DNA from: Spirochaetia bacterium
GTDB lineage: Bacteria > Spirochaetota > Spirochaetia > SZUA-6 > Bin103
Reading direction: 5' to 3'
Length of the DNA: 64,000 nt
Assembly: GCA_965203515.1 (NCBI GenBank)
Contig: OZ241907.1
Location: 1,376,001-1,440,000, forward strand
Shown here one piece after another: positions 47,221 to 57,586 of this stretch (position 1 is its first letter; the number at the start of each line of letters is the position of its first letter). A program made the position numbers and the translations under genes. The notes under the pieces are model-generated. The model had not been told where the DNA came from. It ran no database searches and saw only the letters and a program-made list of their open reading frames with translations.

Positions 47221-48159
47221 TCATCGCGGCGCCACCAAGGCCGCCAAGCTACGCTCATGCTGGTCGAAGAAGCCATCGGGCCAGAAGTCGAGTCGACCAT
47301 CCTCGCTAATGGCAGGCGTCTCTACCTCGATACTCAGTTCCTTCCGTCGAAAGTAGTGAAATGTGGTCCGGTCCGGGGCGATGATGGCGTTGCGGACCGC
47401 CAAGCGGATGCCGTCGAGGATGTGATCACCGTGCGTTTCCAGGATGACCTGCGCGCCGGCGGTCGCAGCCCGTGCCGCAAGCTCGGCCAGCCTGCTCTGC
47501 CCCGCCGGGTGCAGATGCGCTTCGGGATGCTCGATCATCACGAGATCGTCGTTCCGGGCCGACAGCAGAGCGACGATTACCGGCAGAGCGTAACTCAACC
47601 CGAACGAGAAGCCGGCCTGCGTCCGATCGTCCGGCAACCCGTACATTCTGACCTCGGCGCCCGGACTGATCACGCCGAGCCACGCGTTCACCTGTTCCCA
47701 TAGCTGCGATTCGTGTTCCTGATCGGGAAACGGCAACGTCTTCTGCGGGCCCAGTCTTTCAGCGCCGAGATAGAACAGGGAAGGCCGGTACAGCGAAGCG
47801 CCGGATGCTCCGGGAAACCCCGTGCTGTCGATCATCTCCGCATCCCCGGTACCGGTTCCGCCCACTTCGATACGGACGGAACCGGAAGACTGAAACACGG
47901 CCTCCAATACGATCCTGTCCTGTTTCGAACCGGCATGGAGCGCGTCGTCGAAAGAGCCCGGATCGACGAGGCTGCCGCGCCAACGCAACGACTCCGGTCT
48001 GCCATCCTTGCCCAATCCGGTTTGCCGCAACAGCAGCAACGACTGGATGACCGCGCTCTTACCCGTTCCGTTCAAGCCGGCCAGGACGTTGAGCCCCGTA
48101 AGCTGAATCGACCGTTCCTCGAAGCACTTGAAGTTACGCATTCGCACCGTATCGATCAT
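47221..48159 (-). CDS. AAA ATPase with DUF3696 C-terminus (appears internally shortened)
   Basis: GLNGTGKS, FGLSYALP, IEHPEAHLHP, ILETHGDH, WPDGFFDQ. Confidence 0.85.
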   Translation of the reverse strand: MIDTVRMRNFKCFEERSIQLTGLNVLAGLNGTGKSAVIQSLLLLRQTGLGKDGRPESLRWRGSLVDPGSFDDALHAGSKQDRIVLEAVFQSSGSVRIEVGGTGTGDAEMIDSTGFPGASGASLYRPSLFYLGAERLGPQKTLPFPDQEHESQLWEQVNAWLGVISPGAEVRMYGLPDDRTQAGFSFGLSYALPVIVALLSARNDDLVMIEHPEAHLHPAGQSRLAELAARAATAGAQVILETHGDHILDGIRLAVRNAIIAPDRTTFHYFRRKELSIEVETPAISEDGRLDFWPDGFFDQHERSLAALVAPR

Positions 48160-48174
48160 GTTACAGAGGCCGCT

Positions 48175-51100
48175 TCATTGCGGCTCGGCGGCGCCGAGCA
48201 CCGACGCGGCGGAGATGGTGTAGACCGCTGACTCGCGGGTGCGGGCGAGCAGCTTGGCGAATGGATCGCGTACCCGCACCAGGCGCGGGCGGGGCGTCGC
48301 GCAGTCGAAGACGACGTATAGCCAGTAGCTGCCGCCCAGGTGGCACGCCTGCTTCCATTCGTTGGCCTCCATCGCAATCGCGCCCTGTCCGGCGCGGCCC
48401 TTCACCTCGATGTTACGCACTTCGCCCGGATGCCGCGAGAGCAGATCGAAGCCCGGCCAGTCGGGCAGCCCGGCGGCCCGCGCGCGCTCCGGCTTGGAGA
48501 CGTCGCTCACCCGCCCGCCCCGTTCCCGCTCCCATGCCGCGGCGATGCCGACGGCGATCTCCTCGACGCGCTCGTCGTAGCGCTCCACCTCGTCCGGGTC
48601 GGCGGCGGGTACCGCCAGGGCGTGGACCAGGAAGCGCACCCCGCCCGGGACGATCCGTTCGGCCGCGCCGTCGAGCCGCGCCAGGGACTGCTCCTGCTCC
48701 GCGGCGATCATGCGCTGCTCCCGCTTGACCTCGACCAGCGAGTCCTCCGCCGCGGCCCGGCCGCCGCGCTCGGACAACCGCACGCGGCGCTCCGCCAGCT
48801 CGGCCGCGCGGAGCGAGAATCCGACCCTGGTCCGCCGCCGCCGCTCCGGCAACTCGGCGCGCGCGGCGTCCCGATGCTCCGCCACCAGCCGCTCCAGCAC
48901 CGTCCGCTCGGCGTACTGCGCCGCCTCGGCGCGCAGGGCCACGCCGCGGCCGGCCAGCGCCACCGCGCCGGGGGAGACCTCGGGTGCGCCGCGCAGCAGG
49001 AGCAGCTGCTCGACGTCGCACTCGACCGGCGCACCGTCGGCGCCGCAGCGCACGCCCACCAGACGGCGTTCGAGGACCCGGCGCCCGTCCCGATCCCCGT
49101 GCGCTGCCTGCTCCACCGACGCCTCCAGGAGATGGAACAGGTAGGGAGCGTCCGCCCGCGGGTCGGCGAAGATCGCGCCGCGCTGCGCGTCGCGGCCATG
49201 CGCCGCCACGATCCGGCCGGCCAGCGCGTCGAAGACCGGCTCGCCGGGGTGCAGCCAGATACCGTCCGCGTCCGCCGCGGGCCGGCGCACGCACAGTCGC
49301 TGCCGCGCCGCCGCCGGATAGGTTTCCAGCGCCGGAAGCAGCCGGTCGAGCGCGCCCGGACGGCGCGGCGCGAGCGCGAAGAACGCATCCAGGTCTCCAT
49401 GGACGTCGAGGTCGAGCAGCCGGCCCGCCTTCTCCACGAGACGCCGCACGTAACCGGGCAGGAGATGGAGATAGCGCTCGCGTTCCACGTCGGCCCGCAC
49501 CGCGCCGAGCCGTTCGGCCCCCTCCTGCGCAACGCCGTAGACGGTCCGCTCGCGGTCGCCGATGTCCCGCACCCGATCGGCGGTGACCGCGCCCTCGATC
49601 CGGTCGACGACGCCGTCGGCGTCGGCCAGCGCCGCGATCAGGTACTCGCGCAGCGAAGCGTTCTCGAACAGCCGGCCGATCACGTCGAACACCTTGTCGG
49701 AGTCGAGGTCGCGCCGGATGGCGTCGAGCTTGTCGAGCAGGACCGCGAGCACCCGCCCCTCGCGGGTCTTGCCGGCGATCAGGTTCACGATGCGCACGTC
49801 GTGCCGCTGGCCGTACCGGTGGATGCGGCCCATGCGCTGCTCCAGCCGCGCCGGGTTCCAGGGAATGTCGTAATTCACCATCAGCCGGCAGAACTGCAGG
49901 TTGATGCCCTCGCCGGCGGCGTCGGTGGCGATCAGATAGCGGGCGCCGGCCGGCCGCCGAAAGCGCTCCACCTGCTCCTCGCGCTCCGGCCAGGACATGC
50001 CGCCGTGGAGCTGCGCGATCCGCCCCGAGAAGCCGAGCCCCTCCAGGCGGCGGGTCAGGTAATCGACCGTATCGCGGTGCTCGCTGAAGATCAGCCACTT
50101 CTCGTCCGCGTAGCGGCGGTCTTCAAGCATCTCGCGCAGCTTCTCGAACTTGGACTCGTCCCCGGCCTCGACCAGCCGCCGGGCGCGCGCGCTCAGCTCC
50201 TCCAGCCGGCCGATCTCCCGCCGCACCTCCTCGACCGTCACCGCGGTCATAGCGCCGAGCACCGCGTCTTCGTAGGCTTCGCCGCGCTCGCCCAGGCCGT
50301 CGCCGCCGGCGTCGTCATCCGCGCCGTGCGTGTCGAAGAAATCGGCGCGAAACTCGCGGTCGAGGCCGCGCTGCCGCCGTTGCAGGTCCGCGGCCCGAAG
50401 CCGGCCTGACTGCAGGTCGTCGATGGTCCGCGCCAGTTTCTCGATCCGGCGTTCCAGGGAGCGCAACAGCGCCCAGGTCGAGCTGGCCAGCCGGCGCTGG
50501 AACACGCTCATCGCCAGCCGCACCGCCGGCCGGTTGCTCAAGGCGCGGCCGTAGGTGTCGGTCAGGTAGGCGGTGGTGCGGTCGTAGAGCGCCTGCTCGC
50601 CGTCCGGCCCGCCGCTCAGGTCGTAGCTGAAGGTGTCGCAGGTGCGCTTCCGGTAGAGCGGGCCGCCGTCCAGGCCGACCAGCTCCTCCTTGGTGCGGCG
50701 GATGAAGTGGCGGTGGCGCCGTTCCGGCGGGAAGCGGCGGAACGCTTCGCCGGTGGCAAAGACCTGCGGGTCGAGCAGTCTCCAGAGATGGTGATAGGGC
50801 GAGTCCTTGCCCATGTGCGGCGTTGCCGTGAGCAGCAGCAGGTGCCGCGCCGCCCAGCCCAGGCCGGCGAATCGGCCATCGGCAGCCGTGCAGCCGGCCA
50901 GCGCCTCGGCCAGCTCGTAGCGCCGCCGCTTGCGGATGCGGCCGCCCTCGGCGGTGGCGCTCAGCTTGTGCGCCTCGTCGAAGACCACCAGGTCGTAGGG
51001 GGCAACGGCCGGTTCGCGCAGCGCCGTGAACGCCCGCTCGCCGGTCAGGGTGTCGAGCGACACGATGGCACGGTCGCCGTCCGGCCCCCGGAACGGGTTC

Positions 51101-51705
51101 TCGGCGCCGGCGGCGGCGGCGATGCGGAAGCGGAGGCCGAAGAGGGTGCGCAACTCGCGCTCCCAGTTGCCGATCAGGCCGGCCGGCGGGACGATGAGCA
51201 CGCGCCGGATGCGGCCCCGCGACAGCATCTCGCGGACGTAGAGCCCGGTCATGATCGTCTTGCCGGCGCCGGCGTCGTCGGCCAGCAGGAAGCGCAGCGG
51301 CTCCTGCCGCAGCATCCGTTCGTAGACGGCGACGCGCTGGTGCGGCAGCGGATCGATCCGCGCCGTCTCGCTGGCGAAGGCCGGGTTGAACTGATGGCCG
51401 TAGGCCAGCCGCCACGCCTCCGCCACCGCGGCGACCGCGTCGGGGTCGCCGGCGAAGTCGAGCTCGGGCGGGGCGGCCGGCGGCGGCGCGGCGGGGCCGG
51501 CGTGCGGGCCGGCGGTCTGCCGGGCCAGCGTCTCCGCCAGCTCCCGCAGCCGCTCGCGGGCGATCCGTTGCGGGCGCGACTTGCCGGCCTCCCAGCGGTG
51601 TACCGTGAGCAGGGTCACCCCCAACCGCTCGGCGAATTGCCCCTGCGTCAGGCCCAGGCCGGCCCGGATGCGCCGCACGTCCGGCTCGACGTCCGTGGTC
51701 ACCAT
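48175..51705 (-). CDS. XRE-HTH + SNF2-family helicase + DUF3883 nuclease
   Basis: N-term LGLTQGQFAERLGVTLLTVHRWEAG; LLADDAGAGKT, FDEAHK, TATPH, GEGINLQ, WNPARLEQRMGRIHRYGQ; C-term GFDLLS..IEVKGR..NEW. Confidence 0.92.
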   Translation of the reverse strand: MVTTDVEPDVRRIRAGLGLTQGQFAERLGVTLLTVHRWEAGKSRPQRIARERLRELAETLARQTAGPHAGPAAPPPAAPPELDFAGDPDAVAAVAEAWRLAYGHQFNPAFASETARIDPLPHQRVAVYERMLRQEPLRFLLADDAGAGKTIMTGLYVREMLSRGRIRRVLIVPPAGLIGNWERELRTLFGLRFRIAAAAGAENPFRGPDGDRAIVSLDTLTGERAFTALREPAVAPYDLVVFDEAHKLSATAEGGRIRKRRRYELAEALAGCTAADGRFAGLGWAARHLLLLTATPHMGKDSPYHHLWRLLDPQVFATGEAFRRFPPERRHRHFIRRTKEELVGLDGGPLYRKRTCDTFSYDLSGGPDGEQALYDRTTAYLTDTYGRALSNRPAVRLAMSVFQRRLASSTWALLRSLERRIEKLARTIDDLQSGRLRAADLQRRQRGLDREFRADFFDTHGADDDAGGDGLGERGEAYEDAVLGAMTAVTVEEVRREIGRLEELSARARRLVEAGDESKFEKLREMLEDRRYADEKWLIFSEHRDTVDYLTRRLEGLGFSGRIAQLHGGMSWPEREEQVERFRRPAGARYLIATDAAGEGINLQFCRLMVNYDIPWNPARLEQRMGRIHRYGQRHDVRIVNLIAGKTREGRVLAVLLDKLDAIRRDLDSDKVFDVIGRLFENASLREYLIAALADADGVVDRIEGAVTADRVRDIGDRERTVYGVAQEGAERLGAVRADVERERYLHLLPGYVRRLVEKAGRLLDLDVHGDLDAFFALAPRRPGALDRLLPALETYPAAARQRLCVRRPAADADGIWLHPGEPVFDALAGRIVAAHGRDAQRGAIFADPRADAPYLFHLLEASVEQAAHGDRDGRRVLERRLVGVRCGADGAPVECDVEQLLLLRGAPEVSPGAVALAGRGVALRAEAAQYAERTVLERLVAEHRDAARAELPERRRRTRVGFSLRAAELAERRVRLSERGGRAAAEDSLVEVKREQRMIAAEQEQSLARLDGAAERIVPGGVRFLVHALAVPAADPDEVERYDERVEEIAVGIAAAWERERGGRVSDVSKPERARAAGLPDWPGFDLLSRHPGEVRNIEVKGRAGQGAIAMEANEWKQACHLGGSYWLYVVFDCATPRPRLVRVRDPFAKLLARTRESAVYTISAASVLGAAEPQ

Positions 51706-51742
51706 TTGAGATGCCGGGCAGTTTGGCATGAATGGGACCGGC

Positions 51743-51771
51743 CGTCAATCGATTTATCACTTGATAAATCG
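51743..51771 (-). promoter_or_regulatory. 22-bp AT-rich palindrome abutting a TTGACG -35 box upstream of the HTH-helicase
   Basis: CGATTTATCA-CT-TGATAAATCG (51750-51771); TTGACG on the minus strand at 51748-51743. Confidence 0.65.
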
Positions 51772-51790
51772 GCAGGCCGGAGAGCCAGCC

Positions 51791-52411
51791 CTACGCTTCG
51801 ATCAGTGCCAGCGATTCGGTGATTGAAGGGGTGCGTTCCGGGTCGAGCCATTCGCGCATGACGAAGAACCCCGGCACCGCGCGCGAATCGATCTTCGCCG
51901 CTCCCGCGGCGTACTCGACCAGCAGCTCGCCGTCGCGGCGGTAGAAGCGATGGGCGAGCGTCTCCGGGTCCAGAATCCAGTATTCGAGCACGCCGTGCCG
52001 CTCGTACGCGGCGAACTTCGGGCCGACGTCGCGATCGGCGGTTCGCGGGCTCAGCGCTTCGACCACCAGATCGGGCGCTCCCTCGACGTGGTTGTCGCGG
52101 ATCAGGGCCGAGCGCGCCGCTCGATAGAACGCCAAGTCAGGCTGAAAGGCATTTCTGGCGCTCAGCCGCACGGCCACCTCTTCCCGGAACAACTCGCCAA
52201 GCCGATGCCGGTCCACGTAGGCGCCGAGCAGGCGGTCGACGAAATTGAGCAGTCGGGCATGGCGAATCGACACCGGGGAATGCATGCATAGCTCTCCGTC
52301 GATCAAGTCGGCGCCGCGGCCTGGCTCCAGCCACTCCATGAAGTCCTCGGCGGTGAGCAGCTCGCGTTCCGAATCGACGGCAGCGGAAACCCGGGTCGGC
52401 ATGGCGGGCAC
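51791..52411 (-). CDS. Uma2 family endonuclease
   Basis: DLIDGE, FQPDLAF, APDLVVEALSP, GVLEYWILDP. Confidence 0.92.
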   Translation of the reverse strand: MPAMPTRVSAAVDSERELLTAEDFMEWLEPGRGADLIDGELCMHSPVSIRHARLLNFVDRLLGAYVDRHRLGELFREEVAVRLSARNAFQPDLAFYRAARSALIRDNHVEGAPDLVVEALSPRTADRDVGPKFAAYERHGVLEYWILDPETLAHRFYRRDGELLVEYAAGAAKIDSRAVPGFFVMREWLDPERTPSITESLALIEA

Positions 52412-52435
52412 AGTATATTCTCTATATCACCGGCG

Positions 52436-53056
52436 TCAGGCTTCGATGCGGGTGAACGCTTCCAGGATCGGCGGCGTTCGCCTTGGGTCGAGCCATTCGC
52501 GCATGACGAAGAATCCGGGCACCGCGCGCGAATCGATCTTCGCCGCTCCCGCGGCGTACTCGACCAGCAGCTCGCCGGCGCGGCGGTAGAAGCGGTGGGC
52601 GAGCGCCTGCGGGTCGAGAATCCAGTATTCGATCACGCCGTGCCGCTCATACGCGGCGAACTTCGGGCCGGTGTCACGGTCGGCGGTGCGCGGGCTCAGC
52701 ACCTCCACCACCAGATCGGGCGCACCCTCGACGTGGTTGTCGCGGATCAGGCCCGAGCGCGCCGCTCGATAGAACGCCAAGTCGGGCTGAAAGGTATCCC
52801 TGGCGCTCAGGCGCACGGCGACCACTTCCCGGTACAGGAACCCGAGCCGGCGGCGATCTACGTACAGCCGCAGAATGCCGTCCAGGAAGTTCAGCAGGTC
52901 GGCATGCCGAACCGAAACCGGCGAATGCATGGCTATCTCTCCGGCGATCAGATCGGCGCAACGGCCCGGCTCCAGCCACTCGAGAAAGTCCTCGGCGGTG
53001 AGCAGCTCATGTTCAACGGCGGCGGCGGACACGGGCGTCGGCACGGCGGTAAGCAT
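52436..53056 (-). CDS. Uma2 family endonuclease (tandem paralog; real start possibly GTG ~53044)
   Basis: Same motifs; highly similar to 51791..52411. Confidence 0.92.
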   Translation of the reverse strand: MLTAVPTPVSAAAVEHELLTAEDFLEWLEPGRCADLIAGEIAMHSPVSVRHADLLNFLDGILRLYVDRRRLGFLYREVVAVRLSARDTFQPDLAFYRAARSGLIRDNHVEGAPDLVVEVLSPRTADRDTGPKFAAYERHGVIEYWILDPQALAHRFYRRAGELLVEYAAGAAKIDSRAVPGFFVMREWLDPRRTPPILEAFTRIEA

Positions 53057-53133
53057 AGCACACGAATGCGGATGCGGTCTGGCGCGCCGCCGCGCGGCGT
53101 GCTATGCTGGCCGGCGTCCGGAGGTATGGTCGA

Positions 53134-53943
53134 ATGGCAACTTCACTCAGCGCTCCGCTGGCGGCGCCGGCAGCGGTAGAGTACCCCAGCTCCGACGGCA
53201 AGCCGATCGCCGAAAGCGATTCCCAACGGATTCCCCTGACGTACGCCGTCGACCGGCTCCGCTACCACTTCCGCAACCACGCCGACGTGTACGCCTCCGG
53301 CAACCTGCTGATCTACTACGAGGAAGGGAATCCGCGCGCGAGGGTGGCGCCGGACGTCTTCGTGGTGTTCGGCGTCCGTAACGTCGAACGCTCGTCGTAC
53401 CGGCTCTGGGAGGAGGGGCAGGGACCCGACTTCGTGCTGGAGATCACGTCGCGGGCGACGTGGCGGGAAGATCAGAGGAAGAAGCGGGAGTTGTATCGGC
53501 GGCTGGGGGTGCGGGAGTACTGGCAGTACGATCCGACGCGGGACTACCTGGAGCCGCCGCTGCAGGGGTCGGAGTTGGTGGAAGGAGCGTACGAGCGGCT
53601 GCCGGAGCGGGAGTTGTCGGACGGGACCCTGGCGCTGCGGAGCGAGGTGCTGGGACTGGAGTTGCGTCTGGCCGGCCGGCGGCTGCGGTTCCACGATCCG
53701 CAGAGCGGAGAGGACCTGCCGGACTTGGCGGAGACCGGAGACAGACTCATAGAAGCGGAAGACCAACGCCGGGAGGCGGAGGCCCGCGTCGAGCAGGAGG
53801 CGGCCGCCCGCCGAGCCGCAGAAACCCGCGTCCAACAGGAAGCGGCTGCCCGCCGCCAGGAGGCGGCCGCACGCCAGGCGGCCGAAGCGCGTTTGGCCGA
53901 ACTCCAGGCATCGCTACGCCGCCGGTCCGACGTCGAGCGCTGA
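53134..53943 (+). CDS. Uma2 family endonuclease with coiled-coil tail (copy B, inverted relative to copy A)
   Basis: Near-identical to 39829..40662 except for the tail; the upstream ~55 bp is also shared. Confidence 0.92.
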   Translation: MATSLSAPLAAPAAVEYPSSDGKPIAESDSQRIPLTYAVDRLRYHFRNHADVYASGNLLIYYEEGNPRARVAPDVFVVFGVRNVERSSYRLWEEGQGPDFVLEITSRATWREDQRKKRELYRRLGVREYWQYDPTRDYLEPPLQGSELVEGAYERLPERELSDGTLALRSEVLGLELRLAGRRLRFHDPQSGEDLPDLAETGDRLIEAEDQRREAEARVEQEAAARRAAETRVQQEAAARRQEAAARQAAEARLAELQASLRRRSDVER

Positions 53944-53991
53944 GCCTGGCGGCTCAGCGCAGCAATCGGCGGCCAAGCGCGCCGGTTCCGC

Positions 53992-56900
53992 TCAGGACAA
54001 GGCGTTCAACTTCTCGCTGATGAACTCGGACTTCTCGCGCAGGTCGATGCCGCCGGTCTGCAGGAGCAGGCAGTTGGGACGCTCCTTGTCGAGCATGACG
54101 GCGCCGCCGCTCTCGCCGATCAGGCGCACCACCCGCTCGGCCGAGACGCGGCCGATACGGGCAAACTCCACCGTCACCACGCCGCCCCGCTCCTTGAGCG
54201 ACGAGATCGCCAGCCGGCGGCACGCCACCCGTATCTCCGCGATCGCCAGCAGGCTCAGCACCGTGTCCGGCGCCGGACCGAAGCGGTCCTCGATCTCCGC
54301 GTGCAGCCGCGCCAGCTCGTCCTGGCCGCCGACCGCCGCCACCTTCTTGTAGATATCCATCTTGTCCATCGGCTCGCTGACGTAATCGTCGGGGATGAAT
54401 CCCGCGTACTCCAGCTCCAGATAGACGTCCGGCGCCTCGACCTCGCCTTCGCCGCGCACCGCCGCGATCGCGTCGTCCAGCAGACGCACGTACATGTCGT
54501 AGCCGACCGCCAGGATCTCGCCCGACTGCTCGGCGCCCAGCAGGTTGCCGGCGCCGCGCACCTCCATGTCCTTCAACGCCACCTTGAAGCCCGACCCCAG
54601 GTCGGTGAAGTCGGAGATCACCTTGAGCCGCTTCATCGCCAATTCCGACAGCGCGCGGTCGCGCGGATAGAACAGATAGGCATACGCCGGCCGGTCGGAC
54701 CGCCCCACCCGCCCGCGCAACTGATAGAGCTGGGCGATGCCGAACATGTCGGCGCGGTCGATGACGATGGTGTTGACGTTCGGGATATCGAGCCCGTTCT
54801 CGATGATCGAGGTCGACACCAGCACGTCGAATTCGTGGCCGATGAAACGGCGCATCACCCGCTCCAGCCCGTCCTCGTCCATCTGCCCGTGCGCGTGCGC
54901 GAACGATACGCCCGGCAGCAGCCGCTGCAGATAGGTGAGCACCTCCCGGATCGTCCGCACGCGGTTGTGCAGATAGAAGACCTGCCCGCCGCGGGCGACC
55001 TCCTTGCGGATCGCCTCGGCGGCGAGCTGCTCGTCGAACTCCTCGATATAGGTCTCCACCGGCAGCCGGTTCTGCGGCGCGGTGTTGATGATCGACATGT
55101 CGCGGATCTTCGCCAGCGACATGTGCAGCGTGCGCGGGATCGGCGTCGCCGTGAGCGTCAGGCAGTCCACGGAGGTCTTCAGCTCCTTGAGCCGCTCCTT
55201 GTGCTTGACGCCGAACCGCTGCTCCTCGTCGACCACCAGCAGCCCCAGGTTCTTGAAGCTGACGTCGCGCTGCACCAGCCGGTGCGTGCCGACCACGATG
55301 TCGACCTGCCCCGCCTTGAGCCCTTCGATCACCCGCGTCTGGTCGCGCTTGCTGCGGAAGCGCGACAGCATCTCCACCCGCACCGGAAACGGCGCGAAGC
55401 GCGCCGTGAAGGTGTCGTAGTGCTGCTCGGCCAGGATCGTGGTAGGCGCCAGCAACGCCACCTGCCTGCCGCCCATGACCGCCTTGAACGCCGCGCGCAG
55501 CGCCACCTCCGTCTTGCCGAAGCCGACGTCGCCGCACACCAGCCGGTCCATGGGCGCGGTGTCCTCCATGTCCGCCTTGACCTCTTCGATGCAGCGCACC
55601 TGATCCTCGGTCTCCTGGTACTCGAAGGCGGCGTCGAAGCGGTCGTGCCAGTCGGAATCGGCCGGAAAGGCGAATCCCTGTTGCGACCGCCGGCGCGAAT
55701 AGAGGCGCACCAGCCGTTCCGCCATCTCCTCGACCGACTTGCGCACCCGTTGCTTGCGGTTCTCCCAGGCGCGCCCGCCGATCCGGTCCAGCTTGGGCTT
55801 GAAGCCGTCGCGGCCGACGTAGCGCTGCACCAGGTTGACCTGCTCGATCGGCACGTAGATACGCTCCTCGCCCGCGTACTCGACCTCCATGTAGTCGCGC
55901 TCGTTGCCGGCCGCGGTCATCCGCGAGATGCCGTGATAGAGGCCGATCCCGTAGTTGACGTGCACGACGTGATCGCCCGGATTGAGGTCCACGAACGAGT
56001 CGATCGCGGCGCTCTGCGTGCTGCGCGCCACGGTCTGCGGCAGACGCCGCTTGCGCCCGAAGATCTCGTTTTCCTGGATGAAGATCACCCGGCAGTCGGG
56101 CAGCGCGAAGCCGGCCGAGATGCTGTGCGGCAGGATCGTGATCCCGCCGCCGCCGTCCCCTCCGCCGGCGCCGGAATCGCCGCCGCCCAGGTCGACCATC
56201 CCGCGGATGCGCGCCGCCTGGAAGTCGTAGACCGCGAAGATGAAGACCCGGTAGCCGGACTCCACCAGCGCGGCGAGCTGCTCGCGGAAGTACGGGATGT
56301 TGCCGAAGAACGAGCGCGGCGGATCGCAGGGCAGACTCAGGCGAGGTTCGGGATCGGGTCCCTCCTGCGCCTGCCGGCCGCTCAGCCGGCCGCGCTCGGC
56401 CGGATCGCCGCGCTGCAGGGACGCGACCGTAATGCGCCGCGCGTGCCGCTCGGCGACGCGGGCGTAGTCGAGCAGGACCGACTTGGGGCGCGGGCCGAAG
56501 TCGCCGTCCCGCTGCGCGCGGCCGTACAGCTCGTGCACCTCCCGCCGCAGCGCCCGGAAGCCGGCGCGCAGCCGGTCGCCGTCGGCCAGCACCAGGGTGC
56601 CGCCGTCGCCGAGCAGCTCCACCACCGAGTGCCGGTCCGGGAAGCACAGCGGGTAGTACTGCTCCACGCCGGTGTGCTGCGGGTCGCGGCGCAACGCGTC
56701 CAGCAGCTCCTGGCAGAACGGCTCGGGGAGCTGCTCGCCGGCGAGCGACTCGCGCAGGCGGTCGAGCCGCTCCCCGTCGAGCGTCACCTCGCGCGCCGGG
56801 GCGATCTCCACCCGTTCGGCGTGGCCGACGGAGCCCTGCGTCAGCGGATCGAAGCGCCGTATCTCCGTCACCCGATCGAAGTCGAGCACCACGCGCACGG

Positions 56901-57492
56901 CGGCATCGAGGGCGTAGGGAAAGACGTCGATCACCTCGCCCTTGACCGAGAACTCGCCGTGCACGGTCACGCGCGGCACGCGCAGGTAGCCCAGCGCGGC
57001 GAGCCGCTCCGCCGCCTCCACCGGATCGACGTCCTGACCGGTGCCGAAGCCGATCGTGTGGGCCAGCAGGTGCGCGCGCTCCGGCACCGGCGTCAGCAAC
57101 GCGCGCAGCGGCGCGACCGCCAGGCACCGCTCGCCGCTGGCCAGACGGAGCAGCGCGTCGGCGCGCCGGCCGAATACCGCCGGCAGCGGCGCCTGCCGCG
57201 CGTACGGCAGCGTTCCCCACCAGGGCAGCTCGATCACCGGCCGGCCGGTGAACAGGCGCAGATCGTCCGCCGTCAGGTCCGCCTCCTGCTCCGTGGGCGT
57301 GACCACCAGGATCGAGCCGCCGTCCTCCTTGCCGAGCAGCGCCGCCACCAGGGAGAGAAAGGAGCCTTGCGGCCCCTGAACCGTCACCGGCAGGTCGCCG
57401 CCGGCGTGCGCGCGCAGCAGCTCCCGCACCGGCTCCAGCCGCGCCGCGCACGAGGTGACCTCCGCCAGCGCCGCCCGCAGTCGATCGCTCAT
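53992..57492 (-). CDS. mfd: Transcription-repair coupling factor
   Basis: [52 protein letters not shown]; start ATG 57492. Confidence 0.97.
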   Translation of the reverse strand: MSDRLRAALAEVTSCAARLEPVRELLRAHAGGDLPVTVQGPQGSFLSLVAALLGKEDGGSILVVTPTEQEADLTADDLRLFTGRPVIELPWWGTLPYARQAPLPAVFGRRADALLRLASGERCLAVAPLRALLTPVPERAHLLAHTIGFGTGQDVDPVEAAERLAALGYLRVPRVTVHGEFSVKGEVIDVFPYALDAAVRVVLDFDRVTEIRRFDPLTQGSVGHAERVEIAPAREVTLDGERLDRLRESLAGEQLPEPFCQELLDALRRDPQHTGVEQYYPLCFPDRHSVVELLGDGGTLVLADGDRLRAGFRALRREVHELYGRAQRDGDFGPRPKSVLLDYARVAERHARRITVASLQRGDPAERGRLSGRQAQEGPDPEPRLSLPCDPPRSFFGNIPYFREQLAALVESGYRVFIFAVYDFQAARIRGMVDLGGGDSGAGGGDGGGGITILPHSISAGFALPDCRVIFIQENEIFGRKRRLPQTVARSTQSAAIDSFVDLNPGDHVVHVNYGIGLYHGISRMTAAGNERDYMEVEYAGEERIYVPIEQVNLVQRYVGRDGFKPKLDRIGGRAWENRKQRVRKSVEEMAERLVRLYSRRRSQQGFAFPADSDWHDRFDAAFEYQETEDQVRCIEEVKADMEDTAPMDRLVCGDVGFGKTEVALRAAFKAVMGGRQVALLAPTTILAEQHYDTFTARFAPFPVRVEMLSRFRSKRDQTRVIEGLKAGQVDIVVGTHRLVQRDVSFKNLGLLVVDEEQRFGVKHKERLKELKTSVDCLTLTATPIPRTLHMSLAKIRDMSIINTAPQNRLPVETYIEEFDEQLAAEAIRKEVARGGQVFYLHNRVRTIREVLTYLQRLLPGVSFAHAHGQMDEDGLERVMRRFIGHEFDVLVSTSIIENGLDIPNVNTIVIDRADMFGIAQLYQLRGRVGRSDRPAYAYLFYPRDRALSELAMKRLKVISDFTDLGSGFKVALKDMEVRGAGNLLGAEQSGEILAVGYDMYVRLLDDAIAAVRGEGEVEAPDVYLELEYAGFIPDDYVSEPMDKMDIYKKVAAVGGQDELARLHAEIEDRFGPAPDTVLSLLAIAEIRVACRRLAISSLKERGGVVTVEFARIGRVSAERVVRLIGESGGAVMLDKERPNCLLLQTGGIDLREKSEFISEKLNALS

Positions 57493-57586
57493 GACGGCGC
57501 AATGTGGGCCGGAGGCGGCGGCCGGGTCCAGAACCGGCGCATTTGACCGTGCGCCCGGTCTCTGGTACGTTCCCGCGCGGTTCCCG

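Noticed and set aside
32300..54000. Prophage, ICE or integron interpretation of the island
   Set aside because: No integrase, tRNA, att/attC repeats, phage or conjugation genes were recognised.
57500..57586. SAM riboswitch upstream of metK
   Set aside because: The region is short and shared with the divergent mfd promoter, and no SAM-I/II consensus is visible.
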